Source of the DNA: Octopus bimaculoides
Taxonomy: Eukaryota
Reading direction: 5' to 3'
NCBI RefSeq assembly: GCF_001194135.2
Contig: NC_068989.1
Span: 95,426,972 to 95,490,971, forward strand
DNA length: 64,000 nt
Position numbers and translations under genes: made by a program. Every line of letters starts with the position of its first letter. Position 1 is the stretch's first letter. Under the pieces are notes generated by a model. The model had not been told where the DNA came from and did not search any database. It worked only from the letters and a program-made list of their open reading frames with translations. This document shows, piece after piece, positions 53,784-64,000 of the stretch.

Positions 53784-54005
53784 CATTAATGTTGCCAGGT
53801 GGCAGAACTGTTAGCACATTGGTCAAGATGTTTAACAGTAGTTTTCCTGGCTCTTTACTTCCTCAGTTTTAATACTGCCAAGGTCAACTTTGCTTTTTGT
53901 CCTTTCAGGGTCAATGAAATAAAGTACCAATCATGTACTGAGGTTGCTGTAATCAACCTGCTCAATGCACCTCAAAACTGTTGGTCTTGTGCCACAAACT
54001 TTCTT
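53490..54005 (+). mobile_element. Two tandem degenerate SINEs of the 27029-27402 family, separated by (CAT)n(ATT)n
   Basis: Both carry aaggtcaactttgcttt...t...ggt..at.aaat.aagt; microsatellite at about 53693-53786. Confidence 0.7.
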
Positions 54006-54189
54006 TAGAAGCTCTACAGGACATTCCATTCCAATCTCTTTTATCCATTTATCTTATTTCATTACTCACAGCCCCTAATGCACCAATTATTACAGGTAAA
54101 ATCTTTACAGATTTCATATTCCAAATACTCCAATCTCAAATTTTAAGGGGATGTCATTTTTTCAACTTTTCATCTGCTTTCAATCCTAA

Positions 54190-54600
54190 TATCAAATGGA
54201 CATGAAGGATCAATATGCAAATGCAATTGGCAAGAGAACAGCAGCAGGAGATTTAAGGGCCTCACTCGCAGCAAATACAATAAGAGACTGGAGAAAGCAA
54301 GGATAACAGTTACAGATGGAGACGGGTGAATGTAATCTTTGTTGCCTAGCCTCACATTTGCCAGAATTTTAGGATGAGTTATAAAAACTACATTATAAAC
54401 ATGAAGAATGTTGGAAAATGCATTTCTACAAAATTGATAATTAATTACTCCAAGACATTACAAGAAGTACAATTTAATTTTCAAGAAAAGAAGGTCGATG
54501 TTGGGAGGTTTGTGAAAAAGAAGGGTTTATCAATGCATACAAAAACATTTATTGCTTAGAAAATACCAACAATTTTAAGAAGGAAAAATATTAGAATTTA
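54190..54600 (+). mobile_element. Decayed pogo/Tigger-like transposase DNA-binding region
   Basis: QYANAIGKRTAAGDLRASLAANTIRDWRKQ resembles the Brinker-type HTH (YAE.HGNRAA.R.F...E..IRDWRKQ); RFVKKKGLSMHTKTFIA*KIP resembles the CENP-B-type RF.KR.GLS.R..T.I.QK.P. Confidence 0.6.
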
Positions 54601-56265
54601 TAAAATGTATGGTTAATGTATGAAAAGAAACTTGGTTTGAACTGGGTGAAATGAATTAAATAGAAAGTGTTTGAAATTAAGACTTTTATGATGTTTTCCT
54701 ACACTATTCATGGACTGAATTTTATTTCCACTGCAGATAACTGTTCTTGTCTCATTGCCTGATTCTCTGTTTGGTTAATGTGTTGCTATAAAATGTTTTC
54801 TGTTATAACTAAGCTGTTTCTGTTTATGTTTTTCATATAAGGTTATATTAGTGTTCTTATTAGAAAGATTTCTTTTTTCTTGCTGCTCTAGTTGCATGTT
54901 TTAGTCCATATTTTATTTCTTTTTCTGCCAAACTAAAGCATTTCAATAAACATTAAATACTTGAATACACTAAAAATTCTTTTTAATATCATTCTCTGCT
55001 GGAAAAACAGGAGGGGGAGGTCTTCCATGCCTGTGAGACTTATACGACATCCAATGTTGTAAGTAGTTTATTTCACTCAGTCACTGTGTCACACAATACA
55101 CTAATGACTATAATCAATATAATTGCCCTGATGAACTTATCTTAAAATGTTTTATCAGAAAACAACAGGCGGCAAAGAACATGCAAAATCTCATATCAAA
55201 TTAATAATTCACAAGAAAACAAAGTGCCGACAGAAATCAACTGACAAAGTAAAAATTAAAAGAAAAATTCTCTTTAAGCAAATTGTTCACAGGACCACAG
55301 TTGGTTGAACAATACTGTGCAAGTTGTGTGGCTGTCTGCATGCATACATCTCTATCTATCAATATACATCAACACACACAGATACATAGAGATATATAAA
55401 TTCATAAAAATGTTGTTATGTGTAATAATGGTTGAATGTGTAACCGTTTCTTTAAAAACTAAAGAGATTAAGAGAAAATCTAAAAGACTGGCAGGTTGAT
55501 TTAATTTCAATGCTAAATACCAAATTGCTTGACGATGTCAAGAAGAAGAGATCAGAATGTGTATCACAGCTTCCCTTTAAATGTGTATCTGAGCATGAAG
55601 AAAAGAGAATCCAGGAGAAGAAAATCCTTACATTCTGTTAAGCAAATAACTCCATGGTGTTCTTTCCATTGACTACAAACAATACAGAGTTAATTAAAAA
55701 AATTGAGAGAGACTACAATCTCTCTCTCAGAACCTGTCTCAATTTAACCCAAACATTTAATTAAAATTATGCTTAACCAATGACAAAACCCCTCTATTTC
55801 GCTGCAACCAAATTTCCTTCACATCATACTTTATTATTTTTGAAAATACACTAGATGCATTATACCTATGAAAAGAAAGGGGTGGCTTTTCATCCAAAAA
55901 CTTATTTGATCAAAGTTGACCCATGGTTAAACAACAACAATCAAGCCTCTTTAGGATTATCCAAATTATTCTCATACAATTTTGAAAAGTTCCAAAATAT
56001 ATATATCTTTTTACATTCTCCGATTAGTAGATTAGTATCAATTTCAAAGAAGGGAAAAAAGAAAAACAGTCACAACTGTTGCATAAATTTTATAAGTTCA
56101 ATGCTTACTCCCATTATTAATTATCAAAAAATGCAAATGCTTCATAGCGTCAAAGAGCGTATATGATTGATTGAATGGTCCCAATATTTCAAGAATGATA
56201 AAACAGATTACTGATACATCCATTAATATGTGTCTAGGGATTGATTAAAAGAGAAAGAAAGAAGA

Positions 56266-57470
56266 CTCTCAAAATGGTGTTTTTTTTTACATGCCACCTG
56301 CACAGGAGCCAGTCCAGCGGCACTGGCAACGACCTAGCTCGAATGTTTTTTCACATGCCAGTTAGGCAACACTGGTAATGATCACGCTCAAATGGTGCTA
56401 TTTACGTGCCACCGGCACGGAAGCCAGACGGTTGCTCTGGCAATGATCATGCTTGGACGGTGCTGTTAGTGCTCCACTGGCACAGGTGCCAGTCATCGAA
56501 TTTGGTTCAATTAAGATTTCGATTTCACTTGCCCCAACAGGTCTTCGCAAGCAGAGTTTAGTGTCCAATGAAGGAAAGGTACGTATAAGTGGGTTGGCTA
56601 CACTTCTGGCAGAGGCCTTGGATTATGGTCTCACTTGGCTTGCTGAGTCTTCTCACACACAGCATATTTCCAAAGGTCTCTGTCACTAGTCATTGCCTTG
56701 GTGAGGCCTAATGTTTGAAGGTCGTGCTTCACCACCTCATCCCAGGCCTTCCTGGGTCTACCTCTTCCACAGGTTCCCTCAACCACAGGGGTGTGACACT
56801 TTCTCACACAGTTATCCTCATCCAGTCGCACCACATGACCATACCAGCGCAATCGTCCTCTTGCACACCACAACTAATGCTTCTAATGTTCAGCTTTTCT
56901 CTCAAGGTACTTACACTCTGTCGGGTATGCACACTGACATTACACATCCATTCGAGCGTACTGGCTTCATTCCTTGCGAGCTTACACATGTCCTCAGCAG
57001 TCACGGCCCATGTTTCACTGCCATGTATCATGGCTGTTCATACACATGCGTCATACAGTCTACCTTTTACTCTGAGCGAAAGGTCCTTTGTCACCAGCAG
57101 AGGTCAGAGCTCTCTGAACTTTGCCCAGACTATTCTTATTCTAGTAGCTACACTTTCAGTGCACCCTCCCCTTCTACTGGCTTGGTCACCTAGGTAACTT
57201 CCAGTTTTTCTCCCTGGAATGTGGCAGAAGTTGTTCTCTGCACATTTTCAGTGTTTATTGCTCCTGAGCATCTGCCACATACAAAATCTATCTTCCCAGT
57301 CAGCCTCCCTTTGATATTGCTGCACCTCTTATGTGTCCATAGCTTACACTGGGTACATCTTACAGAATTTCTACCTATGCCTTTTCTATAGATCGAGCAG
57401 GGTCATCTACCCGAAGGGGTTTGTGGTTTGTCTGCCTTCCTGCTTACAACACAAAAGCCAGACATGTTTT
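56266..57470 (-). mobile_element. RTE LINE fragment: PHD finger, RT C-terminus and 3' UTR with internal ~55-bp subrepeats
   Basis: Minus-strand peptides CSIYRKGIGRNSVRCTQCKLWTHKRC...FVCGRC, MIHGSETWAV, RLRWYGHV and GRGRPRKAW; stop at 56631; same family as 9864-10822. Confidence 0.9.
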
Positions 57471-57554
57471 TGCAGAAGATTGAATGAATAGCAATGTTTG
57501 TGTGATGGTGATATTTATCAAAAAATACTGTGTGATATCATGACAAAGAAACCA

Positions 57555-57735
57555 AAACACACACACACACACTGGACTTTTTCCAGTTTCAATCTACCAA
57601 TTCTACTCACAAGGCTTAGGTTGGTTCAGTGCTATAATAGAAAATACTGGTCAAAGGTGTTGCACAGAAAAACCAAACTCCAAATCACATTGGTTGAGAA
57701 AGATTGTTTCATTACATCAGCCTTTGCTCAAGTGT
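57555..57735 (-). mobile_element. SINE head/core fragment followed by long (GT)n (about 57735-57850)
   Basis: cagtttcaatctaccaattctactcacaaggctt...ggtcaaaggtgttgcacag...cacattggttgagaaag. Confidence 0.7.
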
Positions 57736-57771
57736 GTATGTGGTTGTGGGTGTGTGTGTGCGTGTGTGTGG

Positions 57772-57853
<82 letters not shown>

Positions 57854-58283
57854 AAAATTTTGTACATTTAAATAAGCTGGAAAAGCCGAATACCTTTTCT
57901 GAATATTGATAATTTTCTTGTTACAAGGTTAAGTAGGTCAGCTGACTATGTAGAGGTTTTTTGCACTAACATGTTTCACACTTAACTAAACTGTAGGAAG
58001 TACAGTCATGTGTTTAATAGTAGAACAAGTTTAAGCTCACTGGACTGAGGAAAATAGTACAAAGATAGTAAGTAGAATAATATGGTGAGAACAGAATACA
58101 CAATAGTTTTATATTTTTTAACCAGAACAAAGCAGGTGTTTTTTTTTTGTTTTTTGTTTTTATACATTCACAATGAATATTTCCAATATATTCATAATGT
58201 TAATTTTTAATGCTGTGCAGAAGTAGCCTTTAAAAACAAATACAAGTGTTATGATAAAATAGCATAGATTCGCATGTACTTAC

Positions 58284-58589
58284 GTTGCAACTCCTAAAGG
58301 CCACTGATAGAAATTTTGATCATCAATATCTGGACTGTCATAGACCAAGAAGACAAACTTAACAGGCCCACCACGGAGCTGCATGTAAGATTTAATCCAT
58401 TCATTATTACATTGTTCATTGCCCAATAAAATCACAGCCACATTTTTTAAATTTGTTAACGTTGGAAGGAAATCAAGCCATAACTTGGCAAAATCTATTT
58501 TGGAGGGTTCACGTCCATTTAAGACAAGTATCACATTTTCAGTACTTTTTGGGACTTTACTTGGAATCACTCCTGGACCAGTTCGGAAT
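58284..58589 (-). CDS. RXYLT1: Internal coding exon of ribitol-5-phosphate xylosyltransferase 1 (RXYLT1/TMEM5) orthologue, 306 nt, phase 2-2
   Basis: Translates FRTGPGVIPSKVPKSTENVILVLNGREPSKIDFAKLWLDFLPTL...VAVILLGNEQCNNEWI...GGPVKFVFLVYDSPDIDDQNFYQWPLGVAT, matching recalled vertebrate TMEM5 motifs (TGPAVIPG, VVLILNGREKAK, VVLLGNEHCDNEWI, IYDSPWIND, FQWPLGVAT). Polypyrimidine acceptor ttcttttgtttcttttgtAG at 58590-58591 and donor GTAAGT at 58283-58278. Confidence 0.93.
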
Positions 58590-59239
58590 CTACAAAAGAA
58601 ACAAAAGAAAAAAAAAATTAACACCTTTTGATAGCATTTTATTGATGCATTCATAGATTACAGCATAGCATAAATCCACTGTCGTCAGGTGAAATTTTAA
58701 AAACATATAAACAGGAGAGCTAAAACCAAGAAATGAACCCATACAACAACTAACATGAAGAATAATCAAATTTATAGGAAAAATTGGGAGAAGCAAAGGG
58801 AGATTCTAAGAGCAATGAGGTCAAAGCAATCCTACTGTTCAAGCTGTTATCTCAATTAGTTTATAGTCATGATACCTGCTGTGAAAGCTAACAGGGAACA
58901 AGCAGGCCAACTTGAAAAAATCTGCAAAGAACAATGAGATAAGACCTCAGACTTTTGGGGTAGAACGACATAAACTGTTGCCATCATTTGACGCTTGAAT
59001 ACACATGCATGTATAGGCATATACACTCATTGACTCCTACAGATATTAACCTCCAGACTATGACAGATATTTATTTTGTGACACATGACTCCTGTATACA
59101 TAACAATAATTCTTCACCTTTAGGAAGAGTTTCATGTCTACAAAAATGAGTTGCCTGGAGGACTGCCTGTTAGAAATATTCAATTGATAACTTCCACAAA
59201 ATTCAAAACAGCACAATAACATGTATGAATGCATAATTT

Positions 59240-59275
<36 letters not shown>

Positions 59276-59459
59276 GCTTCATCTTCAATTACCAGTCTTG
59301 AAATTAGGAATCCTTATGATCCTTGATTTCCATTCAAACTTGGATTGGATGAGAGACTATTATGTGGTAGTGTTTGACCACCACACACACTTCCTGATAG
59401 CAACACTTTTAGTTACTTTTTATGTTATGCAGAGATTTGGTACCACCACAATATATATA

Positions 59460-59503
<44 letters not shown>

Positions 59504-59535
59504 TTCATGGAGGAGTTTTGATAAGTTCAATTGCT

Positions 59536-59624
59536 NNNNNNNNNNNNNNNNNNNNNNNNNNNNNNNNNNNNNNNNNNNNNNNNNNNNNNNNNNNNNNNNN
59601 NNNNNNNNNNNNNNNNNNNNNNNN
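59536..59624. other. Assembly gap
   Basis: N run adjacent to (GA)n. Confidence 1.
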
Positions 59625-59671
<47 letters not shown>

Positions 59672-60334
59672 TGTGTGTGTGTGCTTACATTTTAAAAGTT
59701 AAGTCGTGACCTTTTGCAAATTGTTTGTTGTCAATAGTTGCAAAAGTGATCTATTTTTTTCTTTTTTTTTATAACAATAAATATAATAATACAAGTTAGT
59801 TTCTATGACAATTTTACAGTGAGGCAGTCATTATCTGACGCAGTGCATAATGTGTTGCAATGTATTTTATGTTTTCAAAACCAAAATAATAAGCCAGTCT
59901 ATTTTAGACGTAATTACCAAAAGAACTGAAGAAACTAAATCTCCCCACAAGACAAATTCTTCCAGCAACAAATAGTGAAACGTTATGATTGAAATAAAGG
60001 AAAACGAACATTTTCTCCAGTCAAGCAAGTATTTAATCATAACTGTTTTTAAAGGAACCCTAATTGGTTAATTACTTTTGTGAATTGCAAATCTAATGAG
60101 AAATGCTTCTGAGTCATCTTTCCACGGGGAAAATATATTCTTGCAAAGCAGAAGTCAAATACTGAGATCTGGTTAAGAATTATACATGACATATCATTAT
60201 AGCCATGCATGGATGGATGTGTGTGTGTGTGCATGCACACATACACGTGTGTATATATATGTATATGTATGTATGTATATGTATATATATCATCATCTTT
60301 TAATGTCTGCCTTCCATGCTAGCATGGGTGTGTG

Positions 60335-60380
<46 letters not shown>

Positions 60381-60508
60381 NNNNNNNNNNNNNNNNNNNN
60401 NNNNNNNNNNNNNNNNNNNNNNNNNNNNNNNNNNNNNNNNNNNNNNNNNNNNNNNNNNNNNNNNNNNNNNNNNNNNNNNNNNNNNNNNNNNNNNNNNNNN
60501 NNNNNNNN
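60381..60508. other. Assembly gap
   Basis: N run adjacent to (TA)n. Confidence 1.
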
Positions 60509-60527
60509 TATTGGACGCTCAGGACAT

Positions 60528-60574
<47 letters not shown>

Positions 60575-60949
60575 GCCCTTACTTCTTTTTTATTTTGTAA
60601 AGACAGTTCCAAGAAAAATAACAGTTTTCATATGAAAAGAAAAGTGTGGAGTATCACTGAATATTGAGAATATTGATCGGAGTTTTAAAACTTTATTTTA
60701 TTATATTTCAGATAACTGGTATAAGCATCTTTAAAATTCTTACTCTGAGAACATATGCAAATGTAAATAAACTAGTCTATCAATAATAACAACAACAACA
60801 ACAACAATAATAATAATCAGTGTACAAGAAATATAGTCATAAATACCCATATGCATTCACATTAGACAGAATAAACTGCTGGATTTCTTTTTCCTTTGTT
60901 CTGGAGTTGAATTTTAATCAGAATATATGCATAATCATTTATACTATTT

Positions 60950-60994
<45 letters not shown>

Positions 60995-61430
60995 CATTAT
61001 ACTTATAACGTATCATTACTTTATATTTTTAACAGATACACATACACACATACACGCACATAATATTGTCTCGTTAAAAAATAGTAGACAAAACAGAAAA
61101 TATTCCAAAGAAACCAGACGTTATTTTCTTTACTTTACAATCTAATTTCCTCTTATCAGTTTTCCATTAACTTCTATAATTCATTCCCCCTCTCATACAT
61201 ATACTCATATATATATATGTATATACCTATGATATATGTATATATATATATATATATATATGAGGGTATATGTATATATAAATGAGAATAAGATATGTAT
61301 TTTCTATATGCTACCATGATTCCTCATTTTTAGTGATGTCTACACAAATTTTTTGTACCCCCACTGCACACCCCCTTCTCACTCACACTGTTCTGATAAT
61401 TTATTTATTTATCTAATTATTATTATTATT

Positions 61431-61486
61431 AAGTGAGAGAGCAGTGCATGCCATCAAAGTGACACTGGGGTAAAATATGCGAAGCC
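61431..61486 (-). mobile_element. Very short 3' end of a (TAA)n-tailed retroelement, possibly Dong-related
   Basis: Reverse reads ...ccccagtgtcactttgatggcatgcactgctctctcactt-(aat)n; family not identifiable from 56 bp. Confidence 0.4.
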
Positions 61487-62314
61487 ATATATAAAGGGTG
61501 AACTGCATCAATTTGTTCATATGTTGATATGTCTTAACTGAAAAAGATATTGTGTACGAGACAAAATTCCCTTTTCATCTATTACACAATGATCTGAAAC
61601 ATGTGTATTAAAAGCAACAGACCATGCTGAAGCCATTGAAAATACACGTTGAACTATGATGAAGATAAATGCTTTCTTCAACAAGTTTAACAAAAAAACA
61701 AAAAAGTTCCTAACTCTTTATGATCTGGTATAATTACAAAGAATAAAGAGCACTTTTTTATCAAGTAACTTCCTAATTTAATTAATCAAAAAAAAAAAAA
61801 ACGCTATATATACATCACTGATGATGGCATTATTTACAAGAGAAGTAAATGATTTAACGAACTGACGAGTTTCTGCAGAGGGAATCAATCAAGACAAAGA
61901 AAAGTAGTTAAGATACAAAAAGCAAAACCAACAAACTTTGTTGTAAGTGTTAAGCTCTTATTTATGCATGGCTTCTTGGATAGTGTGCAGTCATTATTGA
62001 AGCTAATGAGCTCTGGCATATCTACCATGGAAAAATATTCAGAATCAATGACTGGAAAGTTGCCACAGTAAAAATCCCAAGCATCTTATTAGGGAAATTA
62101 GAAGAGAGTGTTCTTTAAATTTAATTACATCAATTAAAAATTTAGTAGGGAAAAAGAATACAAAACAAATAGCAGAAGAAATTTCCTAAAATATTTTATA
62201 AAATAGTATAAGAATGTAATATATATATATAATCATCTAAGACCCCAATTTCATTGTCATACTAAAATTTAGCTAGTAATCACTAGTGATGTGTTGGAGA
62301 AACAACATCATTAA

Positions 62315-62535
62315 CCCTTTCGTTACCTACCCGGCTGAAACTGGCTCTGGCTCTGAGTACAAATGTCTTGTTTTCATAAGTTTTGAATTAAAATCTTCCA
62401 CCAAACCTTAGTCCCAATTTATGTTCCTAAAACTAGCTGAATGATAACTAAGTTATTTTACTAAATTCTTTGTTATATTTAAAGTCATTGAAAGGAACCT
62501 GACAGAGCATCTCAAAATAAATACAGCAACGAAAG
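62315..62535. mobile_element. piggyBac-type MITE related to 45163-45376, right terminus lost
   Basis: TTAA-CCCTTTCGTTAC at 62311; internal atttatgttcc.aaac..gct.aat.ata.c.aagttatttt shared with the 45-kb copy; ends gcaacgaaag without GGTTAA. Confidence 0.7.
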
Positions 62536-62542
62536 TAAGCAG

Positions 62543-62576
62543 CCAACCCATGCTAGCAATGGAAAGTGGACGTTAA
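62543..62576 (+). mobile_element. Minimal RTE 3' terminus
   Basis: ccaacccatgctagcaatggaaagtggacgttaa. Confidence 0.75.
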
Positions 62577-62889
62577 TGTTGGCTAAAATGACTTGTTTGG
62601 GCCTTTTACAATTTCAGTTTCAATCCTGTTAAGGTCAACTTTGTCTTTCATAGATCCAGGTTCAATAAAATTAAATACTAATCGAGTACAAAGATTGATT
62701 TAATATTACTGTAATGGCGCCTGGGTGTGAAGAGAATTATGAAAGATGGTTAAGACTAGTCTTAGTCTGCTATTACAAGACAACTTAGATGAGAATGTAA
62801 TTATAACAGAAGATTAAGACCAGTCTTATGGCTAACAATTAAAACAAGAAGAAAATGAATCTTTGAAAAGGGGATAGACTAAATAAGAA

Positions 62890-63358
62890 ATCATCATCGT
62901 TTAACATCCACTTTCCATGCTAGCATGGGTTGGACGGTTTGACTGAGGGCTACTGAGCCAGAAGGCTGCACCAGTCTCCAATCTGATCTGGCAGAGTTTC
63001 TACAGCTGGATGCCCTTCCTAACGCCAACCGGTCCGAGAGAATAGTGGGTGCTTTTACAAGGGCCAGTCAGGTGGTACTGGCATTGGCTACACTCAAATG
63101 GTGCTTTTTATGTGCCACTGGCACGGGAACCCATCAGTGGCCCTGGCAATGATCATGCTTGAATGGTGCTTTTAACGTTCCACTGGCACAGGTGCCAATC
63201 ATGCAGTACTTTCATCAGCCATGACAGTGATTTCACTTGCCTCCACAGGTCTTTGCAAGCATAGTCTATTGTCCAATGCTGGAAGGGTACTCTTAAATGG
63301 GCTTGTTATACAGCACTGGCATAGGCCACGGGTTATGGTTTCACTTGGCTTGCCGGGT
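62890..63358 (-). mobile_element. RTE LINE complete 3' UTR from the stop-codon region to the (GAT)n tail
   Basis: Begins atcatcatcgtttaacatccactttccatgctagcatggg and ends tcacttggcttgccgggt (reverse of ...RQAK*), with the same subrepeats as 56266-56630. Confidence 0.88.
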
Positions 63359-64000
63359 TAGACTAAATCAGAATAAATTGCAGCTGATGATTACAGCATT
63401 TGATTATATTAAACAATATAGTATGTAAATGGAGTTGTTGTGCACAATTACAATTTAAATGAAAACATTGTGATGATTGTTTGATATTGTTTGGTATCTA
63501 AAAGAAAATCCAAAATAACTTCAGGAAATTAATGAAAGAACAGGGGGTAAATAGATAAAATGATGAAATTATTAACTATTAAATCAGTGACTTTGAATAC
63601 TGCTGTCTGATATTTTGTATTTAATTTCATTTGTTTCCTTCTAAAATACAATTTCATGTATGGAAGATAGGTGTTAGTTTGTCATATTTAAAATAGCAAA
63701 TACAATTAAGCTCTGTCTGGTTTTTTACCAAGTTGATCACAAACTGACACGTGGAAATAGCCAAAAAAAAAAAAAAAAAAAAAACATTTCTTCTCTAGAG
63801 ATGGAATTTAACAAAGAAAAGAAAAAGAGATTGAACAGTTATCCATCTCAATCAAAAAACTACTTCAGTTCAGGGATGCCAGATGGGGTTAGAGGAAATA
63901 GATTGTGCTACTTGTCGAGACTGCATTCTTCTATCTTTTTAATTTCAGCTACATATTAGTTTAAAGTTTTAATTAACAGATTCCAAGAATTATCATCCAC

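Larger units (their letters stand above)
16084..58283 (-). other. RXYLT1: 42.2-kb GT-AG phase-2 intron of the RXYLT1 orthologue
   Basis: Bounded by GTAAGT and a polypyrimidine-CAG. The joined exons give the contiguous peptide WPLGVAT-YRDFP expected from the vertebrate protein. Confidence 0.85.

Noticed and set aside
449-61008. Most ORFs in the supplied track (poly-CV, poly-IY, poly-H, poly-ER, poly-L and similar)
   Set aside because: They are translations of microsatellites or chance open frames in AT-rich DNA, with no recognisable domains or splice context.

Overview
AT-rich, microsatellite-dense eukaryotic genomic DNA with five short assembly gaps. The repeat families look like a coleoid cephalopod, probably Octopus; this is inferred from repeat content, not established. 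The only host coding sequence I can support is two minus-strand internal exons of an RXYLT1/TMEM5 orthologue (ribitol-phosphate xylosyltransferase of the dystroglycan matriglycan pathway), at 58284-58589 and 15913-16083. They splice in frame (GT-AG, phase 2) across one 42,200-bp intron, and I found no flanking exons, so the whole window appears to lie inside this gene. The rest is decayed mobile DNA: RTE LINE fragments carrying a PHD-type finger, R4/Dong LINE fragments, several tRNA-derived SINE families, Tc1/mariner/pogo fragments, piggyBac-type MITEs and simple repeats. Most ORFs in the supplied track are spurious or transposon-derived. The most interesting observations are an intron-retaining tRNA-Lys-like head upstream of a Dong LINE, a C4HC3 PHD finger inside the RTE reverse transcriptase region, an RTE copy with twin-priming-like inversion, and apparent microsatellite targeting by two LINE families. 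All family assignments come from recalled motifs, not database searches; most repeat boundaries are approximate.
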